From: Klebsormidium nitens
Taxonomy: Eukaryota > Plantae > Klebsormidiophyceae
DNA length: 64,000 nt
Direction: 5' to 3'
Assembly (NCBI GenBank): GCA_000708835.1
Contig: DF237303.1
Location: 31,051-95,050 of the forward strand
Shown here in pieces: positions 22,001 through 34,200 of this stretch (position 1 is its first letter; the number at the start of each line of letters is the position of its first letter). The notes under the pieces were generated by a model. It worked only from the letters and a program-made list of their open reading frames with translations, searched no databases and had not been told where the DNA came from. Position numbers and translations under genes: made by a program.

Positions 22001-25000
22001 ATGACGTGTTTTTGGCATCACGTAGACCGCACCTGTCATGCATTGATTGGATTGTTTGTAAGCTTTGGAGTGATATAAGCGGAGGATCTATGCAGGCGTA
22101 TCCGGTTAGCCAGAGATGATTGTCATGCCATTGTCGTGTTGGTTCCATGCGTCAAGTTCTAGTCCCGTGCCTGTCGTGAAAGGGATCTTGGGGCCTCTTT
22201 CTTGATCAGTCTGGGAACGACGGAACTGTACTTCGCATTTGTGAGAGATGTACGACCGACTGATTTATTGCAGAAGCATTATGATGGATGAACGGATAAT
22301 CAAGAAAAATGCAACGTCCACGAGACAGCTCTTTCAAATGGCTGCAGTTCCTCTCTAAATTCGTCCTTGTGTGTTCCAACGAACTCTAAAAGCTGAATTT
22401 GGGTACGGTCGCAGGCGAAGGCGGCGGAAGCGGAGCGCAAGCGCCAGGAGGCGGAGCGCAAACGACAAGAAAACGCAGAGAAGCGGGTAAGCCGGCTTCC
22501 TCCAAGGAATCCGCCCGTCGAGAACTTGATTGGTTACACATATGGACGCATGCTGGGTTTGCCAAGTTGCATTGCTTGCGGCGTTAGGGTATTGAATTTG
22601 CACCCCGGCCAGTATTGCCAGGACAACCGGTCCTCATTCAGTTGTTTGGCAGGCTGAGTCTTACCGTGCAGAGCTTCCTCATCTATCGAGATTTGGAGAA
22701 AACTTGCAGCCGTTTCGTACTTTTTCAGTGGGCTTGAATTGCAAGGCCAACTTCGATTCCCAACTTTGAGATCCGCAAAAATTCCACCGATTGTTAGAGG
22801 GTCTTCGCGATACGCCACCATTTTGAGATGCTGTGACGAGGAATCATGAGCCCGCAGAGTATCTTGGTGCTCTGAAAGCGAGGACTTTTGCAATAGCTCG
22901 ATTTCCACGATTTTTCGAACTTTTCAATCTTTTCGAACTTCGCCAGGCGGAGAAAGCGCGGCAGACCGCGCAGAAAAAGGCGACGACCGCGGCCGCCAAG
23001 GCGGCACGGGACCAGGCCGCCCGAGATGCGCGCGCGCACGAGGAGGAGCGCCGCGCGCAAGAGGCGGGGCGGGCTCGAGCGGAAGCAGCGGAACAGGAGC
23101 GGATCCGGGCGGAAGAGGTGGGCTGCGCTCGCAAACTGTGCACGAAGCACGCTTCAATATCTTTTTATGTCGCTCTTTCGGGATGCTCGTTTGTAGCTCT
23201 TTCTTTAACGCTTCTACCAAGCCTGCATGAAGGACTTGACTTGAGGAGGTCACAGGTGGCAGCTTCACGGACATATCTTACCCGTATTCTACTTTGACTC
23301 CGGCTCCGTTCGGCTGTGCATGTATTTCGATGCTGGTGGTAGAGGCTTGCTTTTTGCATTGTTCTGGATCTCCTAGAAAAGTCTGCTCTTCTGCTCCACG
23401 GCACGTTCAGCCGCGCTCACTGCAATTAGCATATTGCACAAGCTTGGATAAGATAAAAGGCCCGTTCTAACAGCTTCTGAAGGAAGCAATTGCTCTCTGG
23501 GATTGGCTGATTGGCTTCTGTCCTCTCCGCCATTCCGCAGAAGCGCCGGGCGGAGCAAGAGGCGTACCGGAAGTTCCAGGAGAACTGGCAGCGCGAGCAG
23601 CGCGAGCAGGCCAAGCGCCGCTTCGAGGAACAGCAGAAGCAGCACGCCGCCGCCGCGGGTGAGTACATTTCACGAGGTCTCGTCATGTTCTTCCTTTTGA
23701 CTTTGTAGTCCCTGTGCACTTCTTCGAATCTCGTCATCTTTTTCCTTTTAAATTTGTAGTCCTTCTACTGCTTGCGAGGTTTTACGAGTGCTTCTGTTGG
23801 TGGTTCACCAAAGCGCTGATTGAGACGGACCGCAAAGCAGTCGGCGGTGGTTTGCTAAAAATGCGGGTAGAACTAGGTCTAGAAGCGGGCAAGACTCTCT
23901 AAGGACCAGCCCAAACATCGCCCACATTTTCGCAAAGGCGTTTTGCAAAGGCAACGCTACTCGAAACCAGAAGTTTCTGATGTACGTTCAGCTTTAGAGC
24001 TGACGGACAAATCACGATCCCGGGGTCCGATCAGGTCGTGGGCCCGTGAAACGAGCAGAACTTTCCAGCACTGCCTTTGGTTGCGTCCTGAGAACGGAAT
24101 CCAAAGCCGCCCACATTCCTTCTCGCAGCGGCTACGCTGCTGCAGAACCCGCCGTTGCTGATGTACGCCTCACTCAAGAGCCGACGTCCACAAACCCGCT
24201 CACAAACCCGTTACCGAACGAATCCATTCAGAAACGAAGCGACGACATTTGAGTGCGTTACGTGGAAATTCTGTCCCGAAATCATCTAAAGCTGCCCACT
24301 CCCAACTTTGATACTCAGAAACCTGGCAAAAGCACTGGGAAACGTATCGAATCCTTGTTTGAAAAACGAGGCCTGAAACCCCATTTTCCATATTGCAGCG
24401 GCGAATCTGCTGCAGAACCCGCCGGTGCTGACGTACGCCCAGTTCGAGGCGGGGTGGGAGAGCCTGTGGAAGAACCTGAGCTCCGACGCCCCGCTGCGCT
24501 GCTCCCAAATCCCCTGGCCGCCGCTCGGCAACCCCGTCTTCTACCTGCAAAATGAGGGGCCAGACGTAAGAACAGTCACTACTTTCCGGTCCTGTTCTAT
24601 CTGCCGCTGTTGTGTCTTCATTTTCCATTCGCTGTAGTTGTCTTTCTTCTTTTGTTGGAATTGTTGACGGGAGGGACCCCCTCTTCTACCTGCAAAAGGA
24701 GGGGCCAGATATGAGGATTGTTCCCCCTAATTGTCGTCTCTTCTTCTCTTGAATCTTTCTCGTCCTTCTCTTCCAAACGGATGTCGACTTTTTCCCCGCC
24801 CTTCTAGTACGAGCCGGTCGCGTCCTTGAAATGAGGGGCCAGACGTAAGAACAGTGGCCTCCATCCCGGTCCTTTCCTTGTTGCTGTTGTTCTCTTTCTC
24901 TTTTTATTTAGACTGTTTGCAAGAGGGACCCCGTCTTCTACCTGCAAAACGAGGGGCCAGACGTGAGGATAATCCTCCTTATTTTCATCTTTTCTTCTCC

Positions 25001-26038
25001 TGATTCGTTCTCTTCCTTCTCTTGTTAATGACTTTTGGGTTTTCTCCTCCCTTCCATTACGAGCCGGGTTTAGCGTTGTTGTCGCTAAAGCGAGGGGCTA
25101 GACGAGAAGACAGTCCCCTCTTTTCATCTTCTTACCTTTTTGTTGTTCCATTTCCTTACTCTGCTATCGATACCTTGTGAAAGACACCCCGTCTTCTATC
25201 TGCAAAACGAGGGGCCAGACGTAAGAATAGTCGCCTCCTTTCCGGTCCTATTCTTTTTGCTGCGGTTCTCTCTCTCCCTTTATTGAAGTTATTTGCGGGA
25301 GGCACCCCGGTTTCTACCTGCGAAACGAAGAGCCAAACGTGAGGACATGGATCTGGTTGTTTTGTTTATCATTTCTTCTCCCTTTCGAGTTTCTTTCTGC
25401 TTTCTTGTTGGTTTGTTTGGGGAGCTTTACGCAGCAAGTCCCAATATTCTACCCGCAAAAGGAGGGGCTAGACATGAGGGCGAGCACTTCTCCCTTTCTC
25501 CTGTTTCTTTCCTTTCTTCTCTGGCCTTCGATTTGCGTTCTTCAAATCTGTAGTCAAGTGAGTCCGAAAACGCGAAGGAGGGTCACACTGTGGGCTTCAT
25601 GATGTGTAGGACCAGAGGAAGAAGTCCCGCAGAGATCTGCTGCGCTTGCGCCAGTTCGAACGTTTCTTTTGGCAAAATTGCTCGACAGTCTGAGTCAAAA
25701 ATCTGAAAGGTTTCATGTATCGTTGTACTGTCAGCTTGTAAGGCCTGCAGGACCAGAGAAAGAAGCTCCGAAAGGGATTGCTGCGTCGCGTCGGCTTTTG
25801 TGTCTTTCTTTGTTAACATGTTAGATCGAGAGTCCGGACAGATAATCCGCAGATTCACAGTGGTAGCTTGTATGACTTGCAGGACCAGAGGAAGAAGTTC
25901 CGCAAGGCGTTGCTGCGTTGGCACCCGGACAAGTTCGGGCAGGCGTGCGGCAAGCGGCTGGTCGACGTCGAGCGTGACGTCATCTTGGAGCGAGTCAAGG
26001 AGATCTTCAACGAAGTGCAGGCCCAGAGGCCGTGTTAA
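16042..26038 (+). CDS. 672-aa protein: PIF1/LRR1-like PH domain + ER/K single-alpha-helix rod + NFKBIL1-like (IPWP...LRWHPDKF) C-terminal domain
   Basis: Eleven phase-consistent GT-AG exons: 16042-16366, 16936-17147, 18045-18158, 19661-19785, 20131-20608, 21306-21386, 22415-22486, 22947-23117, 23541-23658, 24399-24565 and 25883-26038 (2019 nt). Motifs: LLRTKFMHEGKATIETKD, (EEERKRK)n, YAQFEAGWESL...CSQIPWPP...FRKALLRWHPDKFGQ...ILERVKEIF. Confidence 0.85.
21355..21603 (+). repeat. ~122-bp tandem duplication spanning the exon 6 donor of the PH-SAH gene
   Basis: GCGAGCAGACGGCG(A/G)CGGCGAAAGC(T/C)GCGGGG|GTGAGC at donors 21387 and 21509. The intron tail GCAC(G/A)CACTTCCGCACTCTTGCTCGCGCA is also duplicated. 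Confidence 0.92.
24530..25485 (+). repeat. Array of 8 degenerate copies of the exon 10 end and donor (CCCCGTCTTCTACCTGCAAAATGAGGGGCCAGAC|GT), ~120-145 bp period
   Basis: Real donor at 24566. Copies end near 24711, 24845, 24963, 25104, 25221, 25339 and 25474, separated by pyrimidine-rich spacers. Confidence 0.92.
25600..25925 (+). repeat. Three tandem copies of the last-exon acceptor (AG|GACCAGAG(G/A)AAGAAG)
   Basis: AG at 25608-09, 25749-50 and the real site at 25881-82. Confidence 0.88.
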
Positions 26039-27349
26039 TTGCGATGTCTGTTTTGCAGAGCCCGCAATAGGTGGGCTGCTGTTTGGGTGACTTCATTGCC
26101 TATTAAACTTCTTCAACACCGGAAGTGGGTCTCCGTATGTGTTGGTCAAACATGTCGCGCCACAGAGAGCACGGCCGGCAACGGACGAAAGAAGTTGTAC
26201 AGACGTCTCGCTCGTGGGGTTGTGTCAGACGTCTCTTGCGTCAAGCTGATTACGAGCACGCGGTGGACAGTATTAGATGAAGATGTAGACGGTCGGACTC
26301 AACATGTGTCCTGTGTATATGCCTTTGGAACACGCGGGGTATGCGGACAGTGTCTGGCATGCGTTCCAACGAAACGTCGTGCGCCGTGCGGCGGCCGTGC
26401 CATGCGGTGACTACGCCAGTTCTTCATGTATGCACCGACCTTTGTACTCACATCCGGCCATGCAGTGCAGTGCTCGTACGCCAGCTAGTCGCGCTTAACG
26501 TCTTAAACTTGCACGCTAGCCTGCCGCAATCGATCTACGAGCTATGCGGCTCAGCTCGAAATGAAGCTAGGTAGTACGTAGTCGACGGATGCACAAAGAA
26601 TTATGTTGCGGACAGACCGGCATATGTAGTGCAGGCCAAGCCGCCCGCCATGGCAGGCTGAACACTTGTATATACGGTAGCCTATGGGAGGCCGGTGGGC
26701 GTGGGACAGGCTCAAGCCTGCAGGACGGCTTGATGGTTCCCCCCTATGTTGCATGATCAAAAGCTTCTGAATGTGAACAGGTATATCTGTGCGTTCCACT
26801 ACGATTGGTCTACAGGTAGTTTGATCAGGACGTATGTGCAGGCAGGCTGCGCTTGCTTAAGTTGGCCGGTAGACATGCACAAAAACGCGCATGCACAGAC
26901 CACGTCCAGTGCACTGCGGCAAAGATCAACAGGGCGCCGTCCGCGCCGCTTCAAAATTTAAGCTGAATTATATTGTCCGATCAAACACATGCACGCGTCC
27001 GGTCTCAAAAACCGATTGCAGCGTACCTACAGTAAGCCGTAGGTTCTTCTATCTTAGAGCGTGCTACTCCCTTATGTATTTGACGTTAACTCCGCGCTGT
27101 CCCAGCCCCAATCTGCCGAGACGGTACAGTCGTACGTACTGAGCTCGGTTGCAAGCAGGCACTTCTCAGCTTACTCTCGACCAAAAAAATCACGGTGCCA
27201 GTGTCACGGACCGGGCACTTACGGCCCGGCTACCCCTTGAGAATCCTAAGGAGACCAAATCATTCTCACTCATTAAAGTCTGAGTGCAGCCTTTGCTGGT
27301 CAACTTCTGGACGAATACAGCACTTGCTAAACTACTTACACATCTACAC

Positions 27350-30300
27350 ACTTTTCAGCCTTAACAATACGCCTCAGATCCCCAGCCAAAAGACTGTGAC
27401 GATGACGTGCATGGTTGGGTTTTCCCAGACGACCGTCTGTTTTCCTGCACAAGATCCTACTATCGCGCTTCAGTTGGGGAGACCAGCTTAACGCGAGGGC
27501 TGAAATCATGATCTTTAGACCTGACCGGACACAGCCCACTATTTCCACAGCCACTCCTGAAATGGGGTACGATCTTGTGGTAAATAGTGCTGAGACTTTA
27601 GTCGATGCTTCTCTATACTTTGGAGAGGGTTTTGCTAGCAGTCAGACAAGCAAAAGACAGCCCGCTTGTCAAGGTATACCGGGTTTCTCGATCGGAAAAG
27701 TGTCTGTTGAAAGGCAATCAGAACGGTCCTGTCAACTCCCCTGACATACGACCGGCCGCTGTCAGAATCAGGGCTAACTTACACGTCTGCGACAAAAATC
27801 ATTCCTGAATGTGTCTACGCTTCTGGGTGCCAACACACGGAAGGCAAGTAATCATATATCCGGACCGAACTTAGTAGTGCAGTCTGCCTGTGACGGTTTG
27901 GTCGAACTTGAGAAGTTGAGCAGGAGTAGAGAGAAAGGAGCAATCGGTGGAGGATCCACTGGACGAACAGGGTAGCGGAAGGAAAGCGAGTTTCAAACAT
28001 ACTTTGCGCCATCAACCTGCTTTGTGCTTACGGCTGACAAGAAGGAACTACAACGAGGAACCAAATCCAACACGAGGAAGGAGGAAGGGATAACAGGAAA
28101 AGTCAATCACTGGTACCAATACCGAAGGGATAGACAACGGAAACAATACCGCAATCTTTGCTTTTCGATCTCGTAGGAACGGGAGGGACTGCGACAGAAG
28201 AAATGTGGTCTTCCCCCTTCCAAAGTGCGCGTGCTCTCACAGAAACCAAAGCATTGCCCCGAAAGATTGATATAAAGCAGAAACGGGTGAAGAGGAACTA
28301 GAACGAAGGGGAAGATTGCGGGGAACGCACCATCGGTGTCTGGGTCCCAGTAGCTGGTGCACGTGCAGTGCAGGCCCGCTCCCGTCTTCTGCATGATGTT
28401 GCACGTCACTGCAGGCAGCGCCAGAGGAGCGGTGCTGACGTGAGAAGACGTAACTGACGTCACAATCTTAGGGGGCGAAATGGTTTGGGTGCTCCTGCAA
28501 AGGTTTCGGCTGAAGCCAACGAACTGAGAGCGGAGTCACTTTGGGACAACCGCACAGATTCGGCGTACGCCATGTTTGAACATGAATTCAAGAGAAGCAA
28601 CTACTTAACATGAGGAAACGGTAGCTTTTCAATGACTTCTGGAGCCAGATTGTGACGAAGTTACTGAAAGAAGAGAGATAAGGCTCATGGCAAACTGATT
28701 AAGGTCTCCATGTTAATTCTGCATACAAATGCAAGCCTGAGCGTTGCATGGAAGGCCGTTATGTGAACGTGCTTGTTGGCGCCTGCTCATCATGACACCA
28801 AAGAGTTTAGGGCTTGACTCTCTGTCAAGCCTTCGGGACCCTCCTTGACGCGATGAGAAACTGAGCATGCTGACAAGCGACGCTCCTCCCTTGAGGCGGG
28901 TATGATGAGGAGACGCGCAGGCCAAAGGACTTGAGTGCAACCAACTTACCGACATATTTGTAAGGCTTCGACAAAGATGATAGCCGCTTTAGGCAGCTCT
29001 CCTGCGGAGCCACAAGGTGGTATGAGAAGCAGCAATTTGCTAAACGTCTTGGGCGGACTTACGAAGCATCTTTGCAGCATCGGATGGGAACTAATGGAGG
29101 AAAAGATGTTCGCATGGACTGGCAAGTAACAAAGAGATCGATCGGCACCGTAGTGCAAGAATTGTGGATCAATGAAGTTGAGATTGGCAATCAAACGAGC
29201 GAGTGAGCTAGAAAATTTTACCACAATGTTGGATGTCCACACATTGAGCTTGTTGTGGATGAAGGCGGTCTGGCCCAGCGCTTGCTCGATGGACTGCAGA
29301 AATGTATGCAGATTGAGGACTGAAAAATCCTCACAGGAAGGAAGGCAAGGATGTCACGACAGTAGGACTTGCAACAAGGATAAATTTATTGGATACAAGA
29401 GAAAAAACTGTCACAACCTGCATGTGGACCAGTATACAATGAAGTCTCGCACAGAGCTTGCATTCAGACGCAATTGAAATGGTAAAGTGCTGCTCCTAAG
29501 AGAAGGGTGGGAGGCAAGCGGTCATACTTCAAAGGCAGCCAGTGAGGCAGTCCGAAGTTCGTGACAAAGAGCGCTTTAGGCAAAAGAATGTCTGCCAGAA
29601 GCATGCGCAGGACATAAGACGCCATTTCTCTTGTAACTAAGGCCTTGGAATGTGGTAGTTCTCCAGTCGGATCGACATCAGCAGCTGGATGCCAAGCGTT
29701 TGTTCAAGACAGCTGACGCCCTTCGGCATTGCAGATCCGCACGCTTGCACAACCACTCCTTTCCACAGACAGTATCAGTGCTTATGGCACCAGCATTTTT
29801 TAATCATAAAACTCATCGTAAAACTAGCGTGCAAAACCACCACCACAGAATCTGAAGGCTCTGCTACGGACTGTGCTCTGCGTGAAGCAGAGCACTAGCG
29901 TCGCAGCTTGGAAAACACAGAAATATTACCAGAAATTACCGGACATAGTACCACTTTGCTTGATCAACCATGCGACCATTTGCTACTTACCCTCAATGAA
30001 GCAAGCTGATTGTTTATATTGCACCGCTTTGAGCATCGTTGTTCATTTTCTGTTTCGTGAGACAGGATGCAGGACTCAGAAGCCTGACGTTTCCCCAAAG
30101 AACCGGGAAACCTTTGTTGTCTCCTTTCGTTTCCAAATAATTGAAACACTGTACTCTTGGCGCTGATGCACACTGGCAGGAATAGATAACATGAATGAGG
30201 GTAAGCATTTCTCACCTCTCGGATGACTGTTTCCACTTCCTCTGGCACAATTTCTTTGCTCGGCTCAAACTCCATCCTTGGAAATTGTCTAAGATCAGAG

Positions 30301-30560
30301 TCTTTAGCTCAAGAGAAGCTCAGTTACTGAGCCATTCAGCTGTACATAGCCCCATTGCACCTGAGTTGGACTCCTAAGGATGCCAGCTCACTCAGAGCTT
30401 CAAACTCCGCACGCTCTTCAGCTCCTTCTGACCTACATAGCACCTACATAGCAAATTGCTTCTCGCAAACGTTTCTTCGCTCGGAGAGCTCAGCTGTGGC
30501 AATGATGATGCTTCTGACATCACCGAGCTGCTCACCGTCCACAGCTTCTGATGTAGCCCT
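27350..30560 (-). CDS. Probable orphan multi-exon gene or decaying gene; model incomplete
   Basis: Several AG/GT-bounded protein-like segments on the minus strand: MEFEPSKEIVPEEVETVIRE (~30276-30216, GTGAGA donor), SIEQALGQTAFIHNKLNVWTSNIV (~29294-29223) and TCNIMQKTGAGLHCTCTSYWDPDTD (~28411-28333). An 11-bp duplication (acctacatagc x2, ~30434-30455) introduces a TAG. No full model. Confidence 0.3.
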
Positions 30561-31215
30561 AGGTTACGAGAGGTAAGCTTATACAGGCTCTCTTACACAG
30601 GCTGGACTCAAGGTGAAGTGGCGCTTGGCAGCAGGCCCGACTCTACAGACTACAGACGCGAGGCGCCTTAATACAGGATCGACAGCGTAAAGGAAGCAAT
30701 TTGCTACCTATACCGTACGGTATGTACATATGTAGGTCAGCTAGAAGGGTTCCAGAATGAACAATGATCCGATCGTGTCCGGCAAACCGTTTCCTGCTTG
30801 AGCGAGACTCTGGTAAGCTTCATCGGACGGTCACAAGGGCCAAAGGTTCATCGAGGTTTACGCGAGACCCTCAACCTCAGCGCAGAACGCCTCTAAAAGG
30901 CGGGCGCGGCGGCGTGGCCGCGAGTCGCCCGGCCTGAGCCGTAAAATTGTGGCAAAAATTTGAAATCAAGCGCTCTGAGTCTCTGAAGTACCTAGGCAGG
31001 TCCTAGGTAGGTAACTAGGAGAGGTAAGCTTTGCAGGCGCAGCTTTGAGGTACTTTCGCCGCCTGCTTTCAATAGTTTCTCTCAAAAGGCTCTTCAGGAT
31101 CCAACGCTCTCTCTGCTTCAAATCAGAGTTTGTGTGGACACTAGCAGTATCAATTACTAGCAGAAGAGCTGCCGGCGACTCAGAAGTGGAGGGTGAAGCA
31201 GCGGTAGTCTCGAAG

Positions 31216-34200
31216 ATGGGTCCACGGAAGAGCACAACGCCAAAGAAGTTGCCTATGCCTGAGCCACTGGAAGAGGACAAACAGCCACCTGCGGGAGAGT
31301 CTGATGAGGAGTATGATGGGGATGAGAGCAGCGAGGAGGAGAAAGAGGAGGAGCTGGTAAGGTACCAGCTTATGGTGATTAGCACTGGCAGAACTTTTGT
31401 AAAGAACAGCCAATCAGCGCTACAGATTGAACCGTTTTTTCTGAAGTCTGTGATCCCGAAATAAGGTTCTTGGTTGAAAATAATCAAACATGTGCAACAG
31501 CAATCGTCACGTAAAACTTTCAAAGGGACTGATGATCATTGCAAGGAAATAGAGCTGATTACAAAATTTCATAGAGCTTAGCGCAGCCAAGTAGTAGAAG
31601 AGGTTTTGATTGATTGCAGCATTGCAAAGTTTTGGTGGTGACTTGCAGACTGCAAGCGATTGCTCACATGTTAGAAGAGTGCTTATTGCCTGCAAAGCAT
31701 GGGAAGAAACTCTCCTGGATTCAGTCCAACAACACAGGCCTGTTCTTGATGACATTGACTTTGTCCTTGGAAGACACTGTACCCATTGATTGATGTTGTT
31801 GCTCATGTGCGACCAGATTCTACCAATTCTGGATACTTTCACAAATAACTGCAAGCATTCCTCTCTGGAAACAATGCGACCAACTGCAAGTGCTTGGCGT
31901 CAGACACCTTACAGCAACGCGGGAAAATCATTGCTGTGGTCGGGTTTTGGCGGTCATGTTGTGGAATCTGCAAATGAGTCCAACTTTGCAGGGGAAGTGG
32001 TTGATGTCGCTTCATAGGTTGGTGTAATACAGCAAGTTCCTGAGCCTCTACAGCGAGCGTGTTGCTGCGAGAGTTTTTTGAAGACTGCGATTGTTACTGA
32101 ACTCAGAAACACCATTCTGACTTTGCAGGATTTTGCTAGCGCGTTGAGGATGGTCCAAGCAACCAAGCACAAGGCTTGGCTAGAGTCCAAATCTGCAAAC
32201 AAGAAGAAGCGAAAGGTGACCAAAATTGTGTACGGTTGTTGATGAATTCCTGGGACGATGATCTTGCAGAAGAGATCAATACTTTGGCACTTGAGTGAGG
32301 ACTTTGTTCTGATGTTAAGAGCGAAGCAACGTTGTTACTACTCTATGGTGTTTGTACTAAGGATTACATGCTAAAGTGATTGCACCGAAGGCCCCCAGAC
32401 TGACTTGATGACCAGGTATCAGGATGCTTGGTTTGTGATGAGCAACATCAAATCAGCAATGGATATGACAACGCGCAACTTTTGCTCAGGAACTCCATCT
32501 TTGTCTTTCTATTGAGAATAGGGAGGGTCGCAAGTAAGCCAGTCCCAGATTGCCTAGCCAGTCTTTCTTTGATAAACTTCTGTAATGCCTGGCAGGCGGA
32601 CCCAGCTGCCAAAGCTAGCACGACAACCAAGGAGGTCAAGAAATCAAAGGTCAAGCTCTACACTGTTGAGGTGACACCCTGCTCTCGTCAGCCTCTCAGT
32701 ATTTCGGAGTTACTTGCTCTTGTACCTGAGTGGCATTAGAGTCTTGTTGAAATTGAGGATTGTTTGCTCATGCTGACCAGATCAAAAGCTCAAAAGATAC
32801 TGCCAGTTCTGCAAGTCCGCTGTGAGCGAGAGAGCGAGAGGCATCTGTCACTAAAGGACGATGTATCAAACTTCTGACTGTCTTTGATGAGGCTCACACT
32901 GAGGAAGTCCGCTTGATGGAGCCAAGAGGGCAGTTTGGCATTGCCCGTTGACTTTGGGGTTATGTATGGAAGGAAGCTTAGGGTGGTAACCTTTCTTCAT
33001 CAGCCTGCTTCTCTACTGCTAGTCTGCGAAGAGTCTGCTCCATCAGGGGTTGCTCGCTGCAGGAACATCAATGTTGGTTATTTCCCTGACTCCCAGGGAA
33101 AAGTGATACTTGAATGGGGCAGGCCCTAAACCGTCGGTCAGGGCCTTTACACGCCACCCATGAATCTAGCAACTGACTCTGCCAAACTTTAGCTTAAGGA
33201 ACAAAGTTTTCGAGACGGACTGAACCGATCAGTTTCTTTCAACGCAGGAGCTCGCAAATGAATACTATGCTTACCAAGAGGATGATGACGTTGGCCCTGA
33301 GAAGGTCACCAAGGCTGCTCTAACGAAACGGATGAACATTGAGGGGGACGCGAGCAACCGCGTGCAGGTACGCTCCTCGCTCTGCAAAGTCGGCTGGAGC
33401 AAAGGCGGACTGACCGATGCGACAGTTGCTGACGATTCTTTGATCATTGGTGACCTGGATGAGTATCTGTAAGATGAGAGCCTCGAGGATCTATTTACTT
33501 GCTTGACGGCGCCAGCAAGCAAGTCACTTCTTCTGGGTGTATCAAGATGATAGAGTCCCGGGAGACTTGAGTCTCCAAGGCTGTTGTGACCCTTGAAAGC
33601 CATCCGAGCGCGCTAAAAGAATGATGCTGGCTTGCCACACTTCGGGTGCTTTCAAGCCAGTCAATCTACGCATCAGCAAAGTATCCGTTGAACGATGACT
33701 TCGACAAGACTCTGCAGATAGTGCACAATGGACCAACCAAAGTTGCACGATCTGTGCCCTCAAGGTGAAGACCGGATTTTCTTCGTTGACTCTTTTCGTC
33801 TCTCCCCAGGCGGCTGAAAAGCACAAGTTTGGCGTTGAGGAGGTAGAAGGCAAGACCAAGAACCCGCAAATACATGTCAAGTGAGTGAAGCGCACACAGT
33901 TATTCTATTTAACCGGTTGAAAATGGTTACAAGCACATTGACGTCAGCTCAGAGCTCCTTGGCAACCTTTTGACGTTGGCGCTGTCCTCAATGACGTCGT
34001 CAATCTGTGGCATTTCTCTTATCCATGAAGTTCTCCTGTTGGATTAATGGTGTTACTTTCGACAAGCAAAAGGTATCGCTCGGTATGAGGAGGCTCCCAA
34101 ATTCAGGATCGGCTCATTTTCTTGTCTTCGTTTGTCGGTCGGCAATTCATCCTCCGAGAATCTGTTTGTAAATTTCGTGTGCGTCCACCAAGCTTCCAAA

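Noticed and set aside
24530-25485. Regularly spaced ~35-bp repeats with ~100-nt spacers resembling a CRISPR array
   Set aside because: The repeats are degenerate and match the adjacent exon end, the spacers are related to each other, the context is eukaryotic and there are no cas genes.
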